64,000 bases of DNA from an uncultured Verrucomicrobiae bacterium (GTDB lineage: Bacteria > Verrucomicrobiota > Verrucomicrobiia > Chthoniobacterales > JAFAMB01), in NCBI GenBank assembly GCA_963813025.1, contig CAWEXO010000002.1, positions 99,364-163,363 on the forward strand, read 5' to 3'. Shown here one piece after another: positions 10,824-20,277 of this stretch (positions are counted from its first letter, which is position 1; each line of letters opens with the position of its first letter). A program made the translations under genes and the position numbers. The notes under the pieces are model-generated. The model was given only the letters and a program-made list of their open reading frames with translations, did no database searches and had not been told where the DNA came from.

Positions 10824-11354
10824 TCACCCTCGGCCGATATATACCGCCGAATAACCACCAAACATCCCAATCTTGCCTTTCAGCGGGGTGGACATTACGA
10901 CGAAGCCTTCATTTGTGGCTGGACGGCCAGTGGCAGCGTCAAAAATCATGACAAATTTCACGATCATCGCCGTGCGGTTAGTAACATCGCTCGTGTTTAC
11001 GGTAATCAGGGTCCTCGTATTGGCCATCCCCATTCGTTGCACGAGTCCTGGCACTTCGTTGGCCGGCAATTCCGTTGATTCGACCGCCAGGTACTGGGCA
11101 GGCAAAGCCCCGCCCGCGCGGCGATGTTTGGCCAGGAAACGGTCCACGCGTGCCTGCGCATTAGCGGCTTCCGCCGGATACGGCTGGCCAACCGCAACGG
11201 CGTACTCGGTATAGTCCGCTGTTCGGTTTGCGGCGCAGCCAACGACAAGAATAAGCAAGGGGAAGCCGAAGAGCAGTCGGCGGATCGGGAGAGGAAAGAA
11301 AAAAGCGAACGTATTCAAGGGCGGTTGGTTTCCAGTGTTAGTGCCAGTTCTCAT
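10824..11354 (-). CDS. Hypothetical lipoprotein, paralogue of 10158-10634
   Basis: Lipobox-like LLILVVGC; shared IFD..T...AT.EG and GKIG.F.G motifs; start uncertain. Confidence 0.7.
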   Translation of the reverse strand: MRTGTNTGNQPPLNTFAFFFPLPIRRLLFGFPLLILVVGCAANRTADYTEYAVAVGQPYPAEAANAQARVDRFLAKHRRAGGALPAQYLAVESTELPANEVPGLVQRMGMANTRTLITVNTSDVTNRTAMIVKFVMIFDAATGRPATNEGFVVMSTPLKGKIGMFGGYSAVYIGRG

Positions 11355-11379
11355 CCCTCGGCCACAAGATCAAAAGAAA

Positions 11380-11545
11380 AATCTGCGCTGCCGGGAGAGC
11401 TTCGTGTGTGGGCCACGCCATGGCATAAGGAACGGGCTCTCCCTGCCCAGTGTGCGCTGCTTGAGCTCCCGTTTGAGCGCGTGATCGTCTCCCACAGCAC
11501 GCCAGAGCACGATAGAGTCGCCTACGAACGGCGCTTGAGCTTCCG
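11380..11545 (+). pseudogene. Possible 3' remnant of a metallo-beta-lactamase-fold hydrolase
   Basis: GELRVWATPWH...LLELPFERVIVSH resembles the final MBL-fold strand and His; no credible start. Confidence 0.4.
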
Positions 11546-11563
11546 CCCTGGATGCCCGAAGAA

Positions 11564-11611
11564 GTAGGGTCGCGCCTAAACGTTCATTCAAAGTTTAGGC
11601 GGCGACCCTAC
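11564..11611. repeat. GTAG-type REP-like hairpin just upstream of pta
   Basis: GTAGGGTCGC-GCCTAAAC / GTTTAGGC-G-GCGACCCTAC inverted repeat. Confidence 0.7.
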
Positions 11612-11616
11612 GACGG

Positions 11617-13680
11617 ATGAGAACTGTCTTTTACTTGGTGCCCGCCGGTCGATCGGCCGGCCTAACGACGGTCGCGCTCGGGTTGGTGCAGGCACTCGAT
11701 CGGCGCGGCATTCGCGTCGGATTTTACAAACCGATCAATGAAAACCCGGAACTGCCGGAGCGTTCGGTTCATTTTCTGCGTTCGACAACTCATCTTTCAC
11801 CCGAGGACCCGGTACCTCTCACCGATGCTTCCCGGCTGCTCGCGCAGGGCCGGCTCGACGAACTGTTGGGTCGGGTTCTCGAAGGATTTAATCGTTCGAC
11901 CCCTGATCGAGGTCTCGTGATCACCGAGGGATTAACGGCTTCAGCAGATGATTCCTTTCGCGGATTGCTCAATCAGGAACTTATCAGAGCCCTCGACGGG
12001 CAAGTGATTCTGGTGGCGAGCGTGGAGGGCCGAACCAGTGGCGACCTTGAGGACCAAATCGAGTCAGCCCGAAAGCTCTATGGAGAAAGCCGCGTCAGCG
12101 GTATCATCTTCAATCGAGCTGCGCCGCAAGGTGCGGAGCCGGGCATTCCGCCAAAGTTGACGAGCTTCCTCACCAAGACGCGGATCAAAGTTATCGGAGT
12201 AATTCCGGCGAACCGCAATCTCACCTATTGCCGCGCGCTTGATGTCCAGCGTCATCTCCGGGCGGATATTCTCCACGCCGGTGAAATGGAGCTACGCCGG
12301 GTAAAATCCACCTGGTTGCTAGCCCGTACGGTGCCCAACATGCTGCACACCTTCGTCGGAGGCGCTTTGTTGATAACCCCCGCCGATCGGAGTGACGTGA
12401 TTGTGGCGGTCTCCATGGCGGCGCTCAGCAGGGTACCCTTAGCCGGTCTGGTTTTGACGGGCGATACGAAGCCGGAGCAACGAATTCTGGATTTCTGTTC
12501 CGCCGGTTTTGAGACAGGTCTGCCGGTCTTTCGCGTTAGCAGCGACAGCTATGACAGCGCGAAGGCGCTATACCAGCTCAGCCCTGAGGTGCCTCTGGAT
12601 GATCTTGAGCGCATCCGGGCTGGCATGGACCACGTTGCGCAGAAGGTCGACGTCGATTGGCTAATCGCGCATTCGCAAACAGTAACCGCCATCCGGCTTT
12701 CTCCGGCAGCTTTTCTCTATCAATTGACCGAACGGGCCCGGGCTGCCAAAAAGACGATCGTGCTTCCGGAGGGCAGCGAGCCTCGGACCATCAAAGCGGC
12801 ATCAATCTGCGCGGAACGCAAGATCGCGCGCTGCATTCTCTTGGGTGAACGCAAGGAGATCGAGCAAGCGGCTCGCAGTCAGGATGTAACGTTGGGCGAT
12901 CAAGTGGAAATTATCGATCCGGCGTCCGTCAGGGCGAACTATGTTTCCACCCTTTATGAGCTCAGGAAAAGCAAAGGGCTTTCGCCGGAGATGGCTGCGA
13001 GCCAGCTCGAAGATAATGTCATGCTGGGCACCGTGATGCTCGCTCGCGACGAGGTCGACGGCTTGGTCTCTGGGGCAATTCATTCAACAGCGAATACGAT
13101 TCGGCCAGCGCTGCAAATCATCAGGACCCGCCCGCAGGCGCGCGTCGTTTCCTCAGTGTTTTTCATGTGCCTGCCCGAACAAATTCTGGTCTATGGGGAT
13201 TGCGCCGTCATACCGGATCCTAGCGCCGAGACGCTGGCGGACATCGGGATCCAAAGTGCTGATTCCGCCGTTGCCTTCGGCATCGAACCCCGCGTGGCTT
13301 TTATCAGTTATTCAACCGGAGAGTCGGGGTCTGGAGTTGACGTCGACAAGGTCAGGAAGGCAACCCAGATCACGCGAGAAAAGCGCCCTGATCTCTTGGT
13401 CGATGGCCCGTTGCAATACGATGCCGCTTTCATGCCGGAGATCGCCCGCGCGAAGGCTCCCGACAGCGCGGTTGCCGGCCGCGCCACCGTGTACGTTTTC
13501 CCCGATCTGAACACCGGCAATACTACGTACAAAGCCGTCCAACGAAGCGCCAACGTCATCAGTATCGGGCCGATGTTGCAGGGGTTGAAAAAGCCGGTCA
13601 ACGATCTCTCGCGGGGTGCCTTGGTGGAGGACATTGTCTACACCATCGCGCTGACCGCAGTGCAGGCGACGCAAGGATAG
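11617..13680 (+). CDS. pta: Phosphate acetyltransferase, long form with AAA_26 and DRTGG-type N-terminal domains
   Basis: IVLPEG, SGAIHSTANTIRPALQII, DGPLQYDAA, FPDLNTGN, PVNDLSRG. Confidence 0.95.
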   Translation: MRTVFYLVPAGRSAGLTTVALGLVQALDRRGIRVGFYKPINENPELPERSVHFLRSTTHLSPEDPVPLTDASRLLAQGRLDELLGRVLEGFNRSTPDRGLVITEGLTASADDSFRGLLNQELIRALDGQVILVASVEGRTSGDLEDQIESARKLYGESRVSGIIFNRAAPQGAEPGIPPKLTSFLTKTRIKVIGVIPANRNLTYCRALDVQRHLRADILHAGEMELRRVKSTWLLARTVPNMLHTFVGGALLITPADRSDVIVAVSMAALSRVPLAGLVLTGDTKPEQRILDFCSAGFETGLPVFRVSSDSYDSAKALYQLSPEVPLDDLERIRAGMDHVAQKVDVDWLIAHSQTVTAIRLSPAAFLYQLTERARAAKKTIVLPEGSEPRTIKAASICAERKIARCILLGERKEIEQAARSQDVTLGDQVEIIDPASVRANYVSTLYELRKSKGLSPEMAASQLEDNVMLGTVMLARDEVDGLVSGAIHSTANTIRPALQIIRTRPQARVVSSVFFMCLPEQILVYGDCAVIPDPSAETLADIGIQSADSAVAFGIEPRVAFISYSTGESGSGVDVDKVRKATQITREKRPDLLVDGPLQYDAAFMPEIARAKAPDSAVAGRATVYVFPDLNTGNTTYKAVQRSANVISIGPMLQGLKKPVNDLSRGALVEDIVYTIALTAVQATQG

Positions 13681-13762
13681 AAAGGGGTCGCGGACCAGAG
13701 GGATGTGTCGAGACAAGCTCTGAATACTCGCCGGAACGCGATCGGCGGCAATTTCATCTGGG

Positions 13763-14023
13763 TTACTCCCCGGTCTGCAAAGCGGCGACGCGATGACCGG
13801 CATCAAGCGCTTTGCAATAACGGACGATCATCCAGAGAAGGCCGCCCAGGATGGACGCGACCATCGCCAGCATAAAAAGCACGCTCAGAGAGAACCCGGC
13901 CGAGATGCCACCGACTCCGGAAGCGCCATTGACACTGGAGGGCTCTTTGCAACCCTCGCAAGCGATCACAGACGAAGCCGATGTGAGAAAATACAAGACC
14001 GTGAATGGCAATAGACGGCCCAT
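13763..14023 (-). CDS. Small membrane protein with CxxC, last gene of the respiratory operon
   Basis: Signal-like N-terminus, ACEGCK, one further TM helix; starts 16 nt after the SCO-like stop. Confidence 0.65.
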   Translation of the reverse strand: MGRLLPFTVLYFLTSASSVIACEGCKEPSSVNGASGVGGISAGFSLSVLFMLAMVASILGGLLWMIVRYCKALDAGHRVAALQTGE

Positions 14024-14039
14024 TAGAAAAACTAATTAC

Positions 14040-14660
14040 CTACTTTTGTCCGCCACGCAAGAGGCTTCCCAGCTCAGTCAGCAGTTGCGCAACCACCTCG
14101 TCTCCGCGCCCATCGTAATTGCCGCGGACCCGGCCCTTCCCGTCAATCAGAACGAAACGCGTGAGTGCGCCGGGCGAGGAGCCAGATCGGTCATTTACCG
14201 GGTTCGCGGATAGATCGGTGATCAGCGCATCGACGCCGGCCTTCTCTCCCGTCACGAAAAGCCAGCGTGGCGAGGCTTCGAAACTTGCCCGGTATTGTCT
14301 CAGCCTGTCCAGCGCCACGCCGTTGGAATCAGACACGATCGAAACCAGCCGCAATCGAGCGCTTTTTTTGAAATTGCTGTCGAGCTCAGCAAAGCGGCCC
14401 ATGAGCAGAGCCGAGCCGGCTCGATTCTCCCACGAAACAACATTTACGACCCAGATTTTGCCGCGCATCGTACCCAGGGTTAAGCGATGGGAGTCCTGGT
14501 CAATCAGCGAGAAATCCCTCAATGGCTTGATAACTGGCAGGGAAATAGCACCGCTCTGCTCCGAAGATTTCCAGGATCGATAAGTAAAAAACGCGGCAAG
14601 AGCGAACAAGGCCGCGCCCAGCAACAGCAGTTGCTGACTTCGCTGACGCGTCGGGCTCAC
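14040..14660 (-). CDS. SCO/SenC-like thioredoxin-fold protein lacking the copper ligands
   Basis: N-terminal TM, DFSLIDQD, RGKIWVV, LVSI, WLFVTG and RFVLIDGKGRVRG match the SCO scaffold; the protein contains no Cys. Confidence 0.75.
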   Translation of the reverse strand: MSPTRQRSQQLLLLGAALFALAAFFTYRSWKSSEQSGAISLPVIKPLRDFSLIDQDSHRLTLGTMRGKIWVVNVVSWENRAGSALLMGRFAELDSNFKKSARLRLVSIVSDSNGVALDRLRQYRASFEASPRWLFVTGEKAGVDALITDLSANPVNDRSGSSPGALTRFVLIDGKGRVRGNYDGRGDEVVAQLLTELGSLLRGGQK

Positions 14661-14676
14661 GAGAGAGGCTTGAAAA

Positions 14677-14890
14677 GGCGCGTGGGCGAGACGGCGAAAA
14701 AGCGAGAGGGCGAGAGGGCCAATCGGCGAAATGGCGAATCGGCGAATGAGCGAATGGGCGAATCGGCAACTAGAGTTGGGCTTGGCATCGCCTCCAAGCT
14801 GTCTGGGTGTGCAGTTCGGATTATGTCGAGCACTCGACTAGCGTCCTTTTTATCGCCCTTTCCCCGTTCGCCCTTTGGCCCGTTCGCTCC
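14677..14890. repeat. Element bounded by inverted arrays of 8-bp repeats (GGCGAATC type)
   Basis: About 11 units GGCGAnnn at 14677-14767 and about 5 inverted units (TTCGCCC-like) at 14852-14890. Confidence 0.85.
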
Positions 14891-14893
14891 ATC

Positions 14894-15505
14894 CTACAGA
14901 ATATAAAGAATGGTAAAGAGGAATACCCAGACGATATCGACAAAGTGCCAGTAAAGTCCGGTGCATTCCAAAAAAGAGTGTCGCTCGGGGGTGATGCCGC
15001 CGGTGAAGCTCTTGAAGAGCGACGTAAGGAGGAGAATCACCCCGATGAAAACGTGCATTCCATGAAAGCCCGTCAGCACGAAGAAGCTGGAACCCATGAT
15101 CCCGGCAGTATTAAACCAGAAACCTTCGTGATGCAGATTGATCCACTCGGTCGCCTGGTTCAGCAAGAAAAGGCTTCCAAGAACGATCGTAAAAAAAAGC
15201 AGACGTTTTCCACCTTTGCGCCCTTTGATGAGTCGGCTTTCACTGAAATGCAGGGTGAAACTGCTGCTGAGCAAAAGGCAGGTCGCAATGAAAGTCTTGA
15301 TCATCGTCGGCCCGGACTTCAAAGCATCAGGCATCTGCCAACCCGTCCCGGCACCGGAGCGCAGCACGATATAGCCGCCGATCAGGCCCGCGAAAAGCAT
15401 CGCTTCGGATGCGAGAAAGGTCAGCATGCCGAAGCGCACAATATTCGGGCGCGCTCCAGGTAGAGGTTGCGCTAGTTCTTCAGCAGTGAGAGCGGGTGCG
15501 TGCAT
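14894..15505 (-). CDS. coxC: Cytochrome c oxidase subunit III, short form
   Basis: FLASEAMLFAG, LLLSSS, FFVLTGFHGMHV, YWHFVDIVWVFLF. Confidence 0.95.
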   Translation of the reverse strand: MHAPALTAEELAQPLPGARPNIVRFGMLTFLASEAMLFAGLIGGYIVLRSGAGTGWQMPDALKSGPTMIKTFIATCLLLSSSFTLHFSESRLIKGRKGGKRLLFFTIVLGSLFLLNQATEWINLHHEGFWFNTAGIMGSSFFVLTGFHGMHVFIGVILLLTSLFKSFTGGITPERHSFLECTGLYWHFVDIVWVFLFTILYIL

Positions 15506-15507
15506 AG

Positions 15508-15624
15508 TCAGGGATTATGATAGATCGAAAGTTTCCAGAGAATCACCGCGAGGGCGAGACTCACCGCAAAAACGACAATGGCGATCAGCATGCGTTGGTT
15601 CTTCTTTCGGAGTCGTTCATCCAT
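15508..15624 (-). CDS. 38-aa single-TM protein, possible small oxidase subunit
   Basis: MDERLRKKNQRMLIAIVVFAVSLALAVILWK; ATG overlaps the ctaB stop (TAATG) and the stop is 2 nt before the coxC ATG. Confidence 0.65.
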   Translation of the reverse strand: MDERLRKKNQRMLIAIVVFAVSLALAVILWKLSIYHNP

Positions 15625-16535
15625 TAGAGTCGCGTAAAAACCATTCCGGCCAAGGTGATCGGCAGATAAATAATTGAGGCCAGGAACAGGCGGCGCGCTG
15701 TGCGCTCGGTTCCGGTCCGCGCAAATCGAAAAGCCGTCCACAGAAAATAGCCTCCGGTAACCAGCGCGATTGGCAAATAAGCGACCGTAGTGAGTCGCAG
15801 GGTGACGGGGAGCAGACTGATGCAAAACAGCGCCATCGTATAGAGTAATGCCTGTCGTCCGGTGACAGAGCAATCCCCGTCCGCTCCACTCAACATGACG
15901 AATCCAGCATTCTTGTAATCTTCCCGACAAATCCACGAAATCGCGAGGAAATGTGGCATTTGCCAGAAAAACAGGATCGCGAACAATACCCAGCTCTCGA
16001 AGTTTGCTTCTCCGCGCGCGGAGGCCCAGCCAATCACCGGTGGCAACGCGCCGGGCACAGCTCCCACGATCGTGTTGAGCGTTGTTACCCGCTTCAGAGG
16101 GGTGTACGCAAAGACGTAAGTGACTACCGTAATGGCCGTCAGCATGCCGGTTAAAAGGTTTGTCGCGACGGTGAGATAGACAATACCGCAAGCCGAGAGT
16201 CCAATTCCGATGGCCAGCCCCTCATCAACGCTCATCCGCTGCGCAGGTAACGGCCGATCGCGGGTGCGGCGCATTCGGGCATCGAGATCGACCTCAAATA
16301 CTTCGTTGAGGGCAGCCGCGCCGGCCGCGGCCAGAGCGGTTCCAAACAAGGTATGAAAGAGGTACAACCAATTCATCGGCCCGTGCCAGCCGAAAAGAAA
16401 GCCGAGCAGCGTCGTAATCAAAACGAGCAAGGTTAGTCGAGCCTTGACCAGCTCTCCAAAGTCGGACAGGAGGTGCCGATGTTGGGAGGGGGGAGCCACT
16501 AAAGCAGCCGGTGTTTTATCAGAGAGGATGTTCAT
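15624..16535 (-). CDS. ctaB: Haem o synthase (protoheme IX farnesyltransferase)
   Basis: LVKARL, DARMRRTRDRPLP, YTPLKR, GAVPGALPPVIGW, WQMPHF. Confidence 0.95.
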   Translation of the reverse strand: MNILSDKTPAALVAPPSQHRHLLSDFGELVKARLTLLVLITTLLGFLFGWHGPMNWLYLFHTLFGTALAAAGAAALNEVFEVDLDARMRRTRDRPLPAQRMSVDEGLAIGIGLSACGIVYLTVATNLLTGMLTAITVVTYVFAYTPLKRVTTLNTIVGAVPGALPPVIGWASARGEANFESWVLFAILFFWQMPHFLAISWICREDYKNAGFVMLSGADGDCSVTGRQALLYTMALFCISLLPVTLRLTTVAYLPIALVTGGYFLWTAFRFARTGTERTARRLFLASIIYLPITLAGMVFTRL

Positions 16536-17578
16536 ACCCGGGCCGCCTCCTTCACGCCGAACAATCCCGGGCTCGGCCCGGCAATGCGCCTCCGTTCGAC
16601 CGCGGCCGCGAGGCAGATGCTGAGTAAAACGCCGCAAACGAGAATCAAGGAGCCGATGAAGACATGTGCAGTCGCGATATCGGCCGCCTTGTTACTGAGG
16701 ATAGTCCATGCTCCCAGCACAGCCTGCACCACGACCAATGCCGGCCAGACCAGGGCAAGTCTTCGCACGCTCACCGTCAGCCAGCTCTGGCGAAAGATGA
16801 AGGAAGCAACAACGGTAACTGCCAGGAAGATGAGCAGGGCCCAGCCCCGGTGCAGATACTGCAAATGAATCAGCCCGATGCTTGTCAGCGGCTCCGGCGG
16901 AACAGCAGCGGACCGAGCTTCATTGATCCGGGCCAGTACCCCTTGATCAGCCGGCGGAAACCATTGGCCGTATGCGGTCGGGAAATCGTGAATGGAAAGT
17001 CCGGCATGCGAATGACGCATGGCCGCTCCGAGGATGAGCTGCAGGAAAATCATCCCAGTGGTGACGATCGTCCAGAACCGGAGCCGCGACGGACCTGACC
17101 CGACGGGCGCCGCCGGTAGGCGCTCCCAGCGCGATGAAGTGACCAACGCAATGCTCCACACCAGACAAAGATAAGCCTGCGCCAGACAACCGTGGAACAG
17201 CCCTAGAACAGCGCTGTGTTCGGTGACGCGCAATCCGCCTAGCACTCCCTGAACAATGACCAAGACAAGAGCCAGCCAACAAAGAGTTTTAACCCAGCGG
17301 CGCTGTTCGAAAATGAGCGCAACGACGCAGAGCAGGATGGTCAGAACGCCGACCAGACTGGCGATCAGCCGGTGCGTGTGTTCGAACAACACGCCTCCCA
17401 CCCAACGAGAGACCGGAAACAGAAACATGTTGTAGCCGAAGCTGTTGGGCCAATCGGGGACAGACATTCCAGCCTCATGACTCGTGACCAAGCCTCCGCT
17501 ACAGATCAGAACCAGGATGCTGCCGGCGACCAGCACAGCAATACTGTTCACGATCCGTCTAGGGAAATTGGCGGGCAT
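16532..17578 (-). CDS. ctaA: Haem a synthase (COX15/CtaA)
   Basis: GGLVT...AGMSVPDWP, EHTHR, FHGCLAQ, LHR and AHV histidines. Confidence 0.9.
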   Translation of the reverse strand: MPANFPRRIVNSIAVLVAGSILVLICSGGLVTSHEAGMSVPDWPNSFGYNMFLFPVSRWVGGVLFEHTHRLIASLVGVLTILLCVVALIFEQRRWVKTLCWLALVLVIVQGVLGGLRVTEHSAVLGLFHGCLAQAYLCLVWSIALVTSSRWERLPAAPVGSGPSRLRFWTIVTTGMIFLQLILGAAMRHSHAGLSIHDFPTAYGQWFPPADQGVLARINEARSAAVPPEPLTSIGLIHLQYLHRGWALLIFLAVTVVASFIFRQSWLTVSVRRLALVWPALVVVQAVLGAWTILSNKAADIATAHVFIGSLILVCGVLLSICLAAAVERRRIAGPSPGLFGVKEAARV

Positions 17579-17596
17579 CCTCGCGGCTAGCCTACA

Positions 17597-19366
17597 CTAG
17601 TGGACGGCGATCCTGGCTGTCTCAGGAGCCGGCTGATTTTGCGGTAAATAATCCTGATCCATCCCGGGAACGCTGTACTCGTAAGGCCCATTGTAGACGG
17701 TGGGTGTCTTCGCAAAATTTCCGTGGGGTGGCGGCGATGGAACAGTCCACTCCAAAGTGGTCGACTCCCAGGGGTTATTAGGCGCCTTCTCACCTCGGAA
17801 GATGCTGTAGACGAAATTGATAAAGAACGGGATCATGGACAGGCCGAGTCCAAAAGCGCTGAGCGAGATGAAGATGTTGACCGGTTGCTGGCTGCGCAGA
17901 TGGTCGTACAAGGTCGGGTCGGCGATCCGTCTCATCATTCCGTTCAGACCCAGGTTATGCATCGGGAAAAACGTGAAGTTGAAAAAGATGAACGCGAGAA
18001 AGAAGTGCACCTTGCCCCAAAACTCGTTCATCATGCGACCAAACATCTTTGGATACCAAAAGTAGATCGCGCCAAAGATGCCAAAGAGACTGCCACCAAA
18101 GAGCACGTAGTGGATATGGGCGACGATAAAATAGGTGTGATGGATGAAAAGATCGACCGGCGTGGCGGCCATGTAGATTCCGCTTAAGCCGCCGATCACA
18201 AACATCGAGACAAACGCCAGCGCGAAACACATCGGCGTCTTAAAACGGATTGAGCCGCCCCAGACTGTCCCCATCCAATTGAAAGTCTTGATAGCGGAAG
18301 GAACCGCAATGAGCATCGTCGAAAACGAAAAGGTGGCCGAGAGCACCAGGTTCATTCCGCTCACAAACATGTGGTGTCCCCATACGATGAATCCCAGCAC
18401 ACCGATCGCGACCAACGCCCCAACCATTGCTTTGTAACCAAAGATCGGTTTGCGCGAGAAGACCGCCAGCACCTCCGACACCAAGCCCATAGCCGGGAGG
18501 ATCATGATGTAGACCTCCGGGTGTCCAAAGAACCAGAAAAGATGCTGCCAGAGAAGCGGCTGGCCATAATTGGAGGCGGAGAAAAAGTTAGTGCCGAAAT
18601 TCAGGTCAAAAAATAACATCGCGGCGGCGGCCGATAACACTGGAACCGCTAGAAGCAGGAGAAACGCAGTCACGAGCAGCGACCAGACCGGGAGCGGCAA
18701 GCGAAACATTTTCATCCCCGGTGCGCGCATATTGATCACTGTGGTGATAAAGTTGGCGGCGCCCGCAATCGACGCCAATCCATTGATAAAAAGGCCAACA
18801 CACCAGCAACTCTGGCCAATCTGGGTTCCGTTGTAGGCGGCATTAGCCGAGAGCGGAGCGTACGAGGTCCATCCAGAAGCCGGAAATCCGGTCGGAGCAA
18901 AAAAGCTCCCAAGGAGCACGATTCCCGAGAGGAAAAACAGCCAAACCGAAAGCGCGTTGAAAAACGGAAATGCCATATCGGGCGCCCCGATTTGCAGGGG
19001 AATCAAGAAATTGCCAAACACCCCGATCAAGAGCGGCATCACGACCAGGAACACCATCACGGTCGCGTGCATGGTGAAGAGAGCATTGTAACCACCCGGA
19101 GAAAAAGCGCCCGTGTCCGTCACCAACCATTTGGGCAGAAACTGACCGATCAGCGGGACCGGAGTACCGGGAAAAGCCAGTTGAAAGCGAACCCCCATCG
19201 CCAACAAGCCGCCCACCGCCATGAAAAACAAGCTAAAACACAGGTACTGGATGGCGATGGTTTTATGGTCCAACGACCAGATATATTTTTGAAAAAAACT
19301 GAGCTCGTGGTGAGGGTGTTCGTGTTCCTGAATCTCGCCGACTGGATGAGCGATTGTCTGCGCCAT
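17597..19366 (-). CDS. coxA: Cytochrome c oxidase subunit I, A1 type
   Basis: DHK (D-channel), MHAT, WFFGHPEVY, WGHHMF, AIKTFNW (K-channel), AHIHY; all six His ligands present. Confidence 0.97.
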   Translation of the reverse strand: MAQTIAHPVGEIQEHEHPHHELSFFQKYIWSLDHKTIAIQYLCFSLFFMAVGGLLAMGVRFQLAFPGTPVPLIGQFLPKWLVTDTGAFSPGGYNALFTMHATVMVFLVVMPLLIGVFGNFLIPLQIGAPDMAFPFFNALSVWLFFLSGIVLLGSFFAPTGFPASGWTSYAPLSANAAYNGTQIGQSCWCVGLFINGLASIAGAANFITTVINMRAPGMKMFRLPLPVWSLLVTAFLLLLAVPVLSAAAAMLFFDLNFGTNFFSASNYGQPLLWQHLFWFFGHPEVYIMILPAMGLVSEVLAVFSRKPIFGYKAMVGALVAIGVLGFIVWGHHMFVSGMNLVLSATFSFSTMLIAVPSAIKTFNWMGTVWGGSIRFKTPMCFALAFVSMFVIGGLSGIYMAATPVDLFIHHTYFIVAHIHYVLFGGSLFGIFGAIYFWYPKMFGRMMNEFWGKVHFFLAFIFFNFTFFPMHNLGLNGMMRRIADPTLYDHLRSQQPVNIFISLSAFGLGLSMIPFFINFVYSIFRGEKAPNNPWESTTLEWTVPSPPPHGNFAKTPTVYNGPYEYSVPGMDQDYLPQNQPAPETARIAVH

Positions 19367-19374
19367 AAAAGTTG

Positions 19375-20247
19375 TTACTCGTTCTTGGCTAAAGCCTTTT
19401 CGGGAGTTTTTTGCGGAACTGCAGCGTCCGCCTTTTCCTTGTACCACTTGTCGAAATCGGCCTGGGAAACAACCTCGATTTGCGCCTTCATATTGTAGTG
19501 CCCCTGGCCGCAAAGCTGACTGCAGGCCAACTGGAAAGAGCCCACTTGGGTAGGGATGAACCAGACCCAATCAATTGTTCGCCCTGGGACAGCGTCCTGG
19601 TAAATCCGGAATTGCGGTATGTAAAAACCGTGAATCACATCTTTCGAATTGAGCCGGACTCGCACCGGTTTATTGACAGGCAACTCAAGGACGCCGGATT
19701 CAAAGTTATCTTTGGTGGCGGGATCATTTCTATCATTGCCGAAAGGATTATCGTTCGAAATCAGGTTTACATCGGAACGCCCGAGATGGCCGTCGCGCCC
19801 CGGGTACTGCATGCTAAAACCGAACTGGTAGGAGGTAACGGCCACCTCCATCGAATCGCTTGGTGGAGTCGCATGGATGACATTCCACCACATATGATTG
19901 CTGTAGCCCCAGAGACCGATAAAGATCGCGGTTGGAATCGCCGTCCAGACGATCTCCAGAAGGTTGTTGCCGTGGCTGTACTTGGCGCGAACGCCTTTCC
20001 GCGAGCGGTACTTGATCAGAAAATAGACGTAAACAACCTGAGTCAGGACAAAAACCGCGCCCGTCAGGTAGAAAATGATCCAGATCAGGAAATCAATTTC
20101 CCGACCGCCCTTGCTCGCCACATCCGGCATCCACCAGAGACCAGAAGTGCGCGGTTCCGCCGACGCCGCAGCCGCGGTTGCCAGCAAGACGAAAAACGGA
20201 AAGAAGCGTCGTACAATTCGTGGTCGCAGAAAAATCATACCGGTCAA
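19375..20247 (-). CDS. coxB: Cytochrome c oxidase subunit II (CuA), no fused cytochrome c
   Basis: LEIVWTAIP, DVIHGF, CSQLCGQGHYNM; no CxxCH. Confidence 0.95.
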   Translation of the reverse strand: MTGMIFLRPRIVRRFFPFFVLLATAAAASAEPRTSGLWWMPDVASKGGREIDFLIWIIFYLTGAVFVLTQVVYVYFLIKYRSRKGVRAKYSHGNNLLEIVWTAIPTAIFIGLWGYSNHMWWNVIHATPPSDSMEVAVTSYQFGFSMQYPGRDGHLGRSDVNLISNDNPFGNDRNDPATKDNFESGVLELPVNKPVRVRLNSKDVIHGFYIPQFRIYQDAVPGRTIDWVWFIPTQVGSFQLACSQLCGQGHYNMKAQIEVVSQADFDKWYKEKADAAVPQKTPEKALAKNE

Positions 20248-20277
20248 CTTCTCAATTTACATGCAGCGGCCCCTTTG

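Noticed and set aside
14768..14850. Four-helix-bundle remnant inside the 8-mer element
   Set aside because: Only a short IASKLS-like match, too weak to support.
9924..14890. CRISPR arrays at the repeat-rich gaps
   Set aside because: Units are 7-8 bp tandem repeats with no unique spacers, and there are no cas genes.
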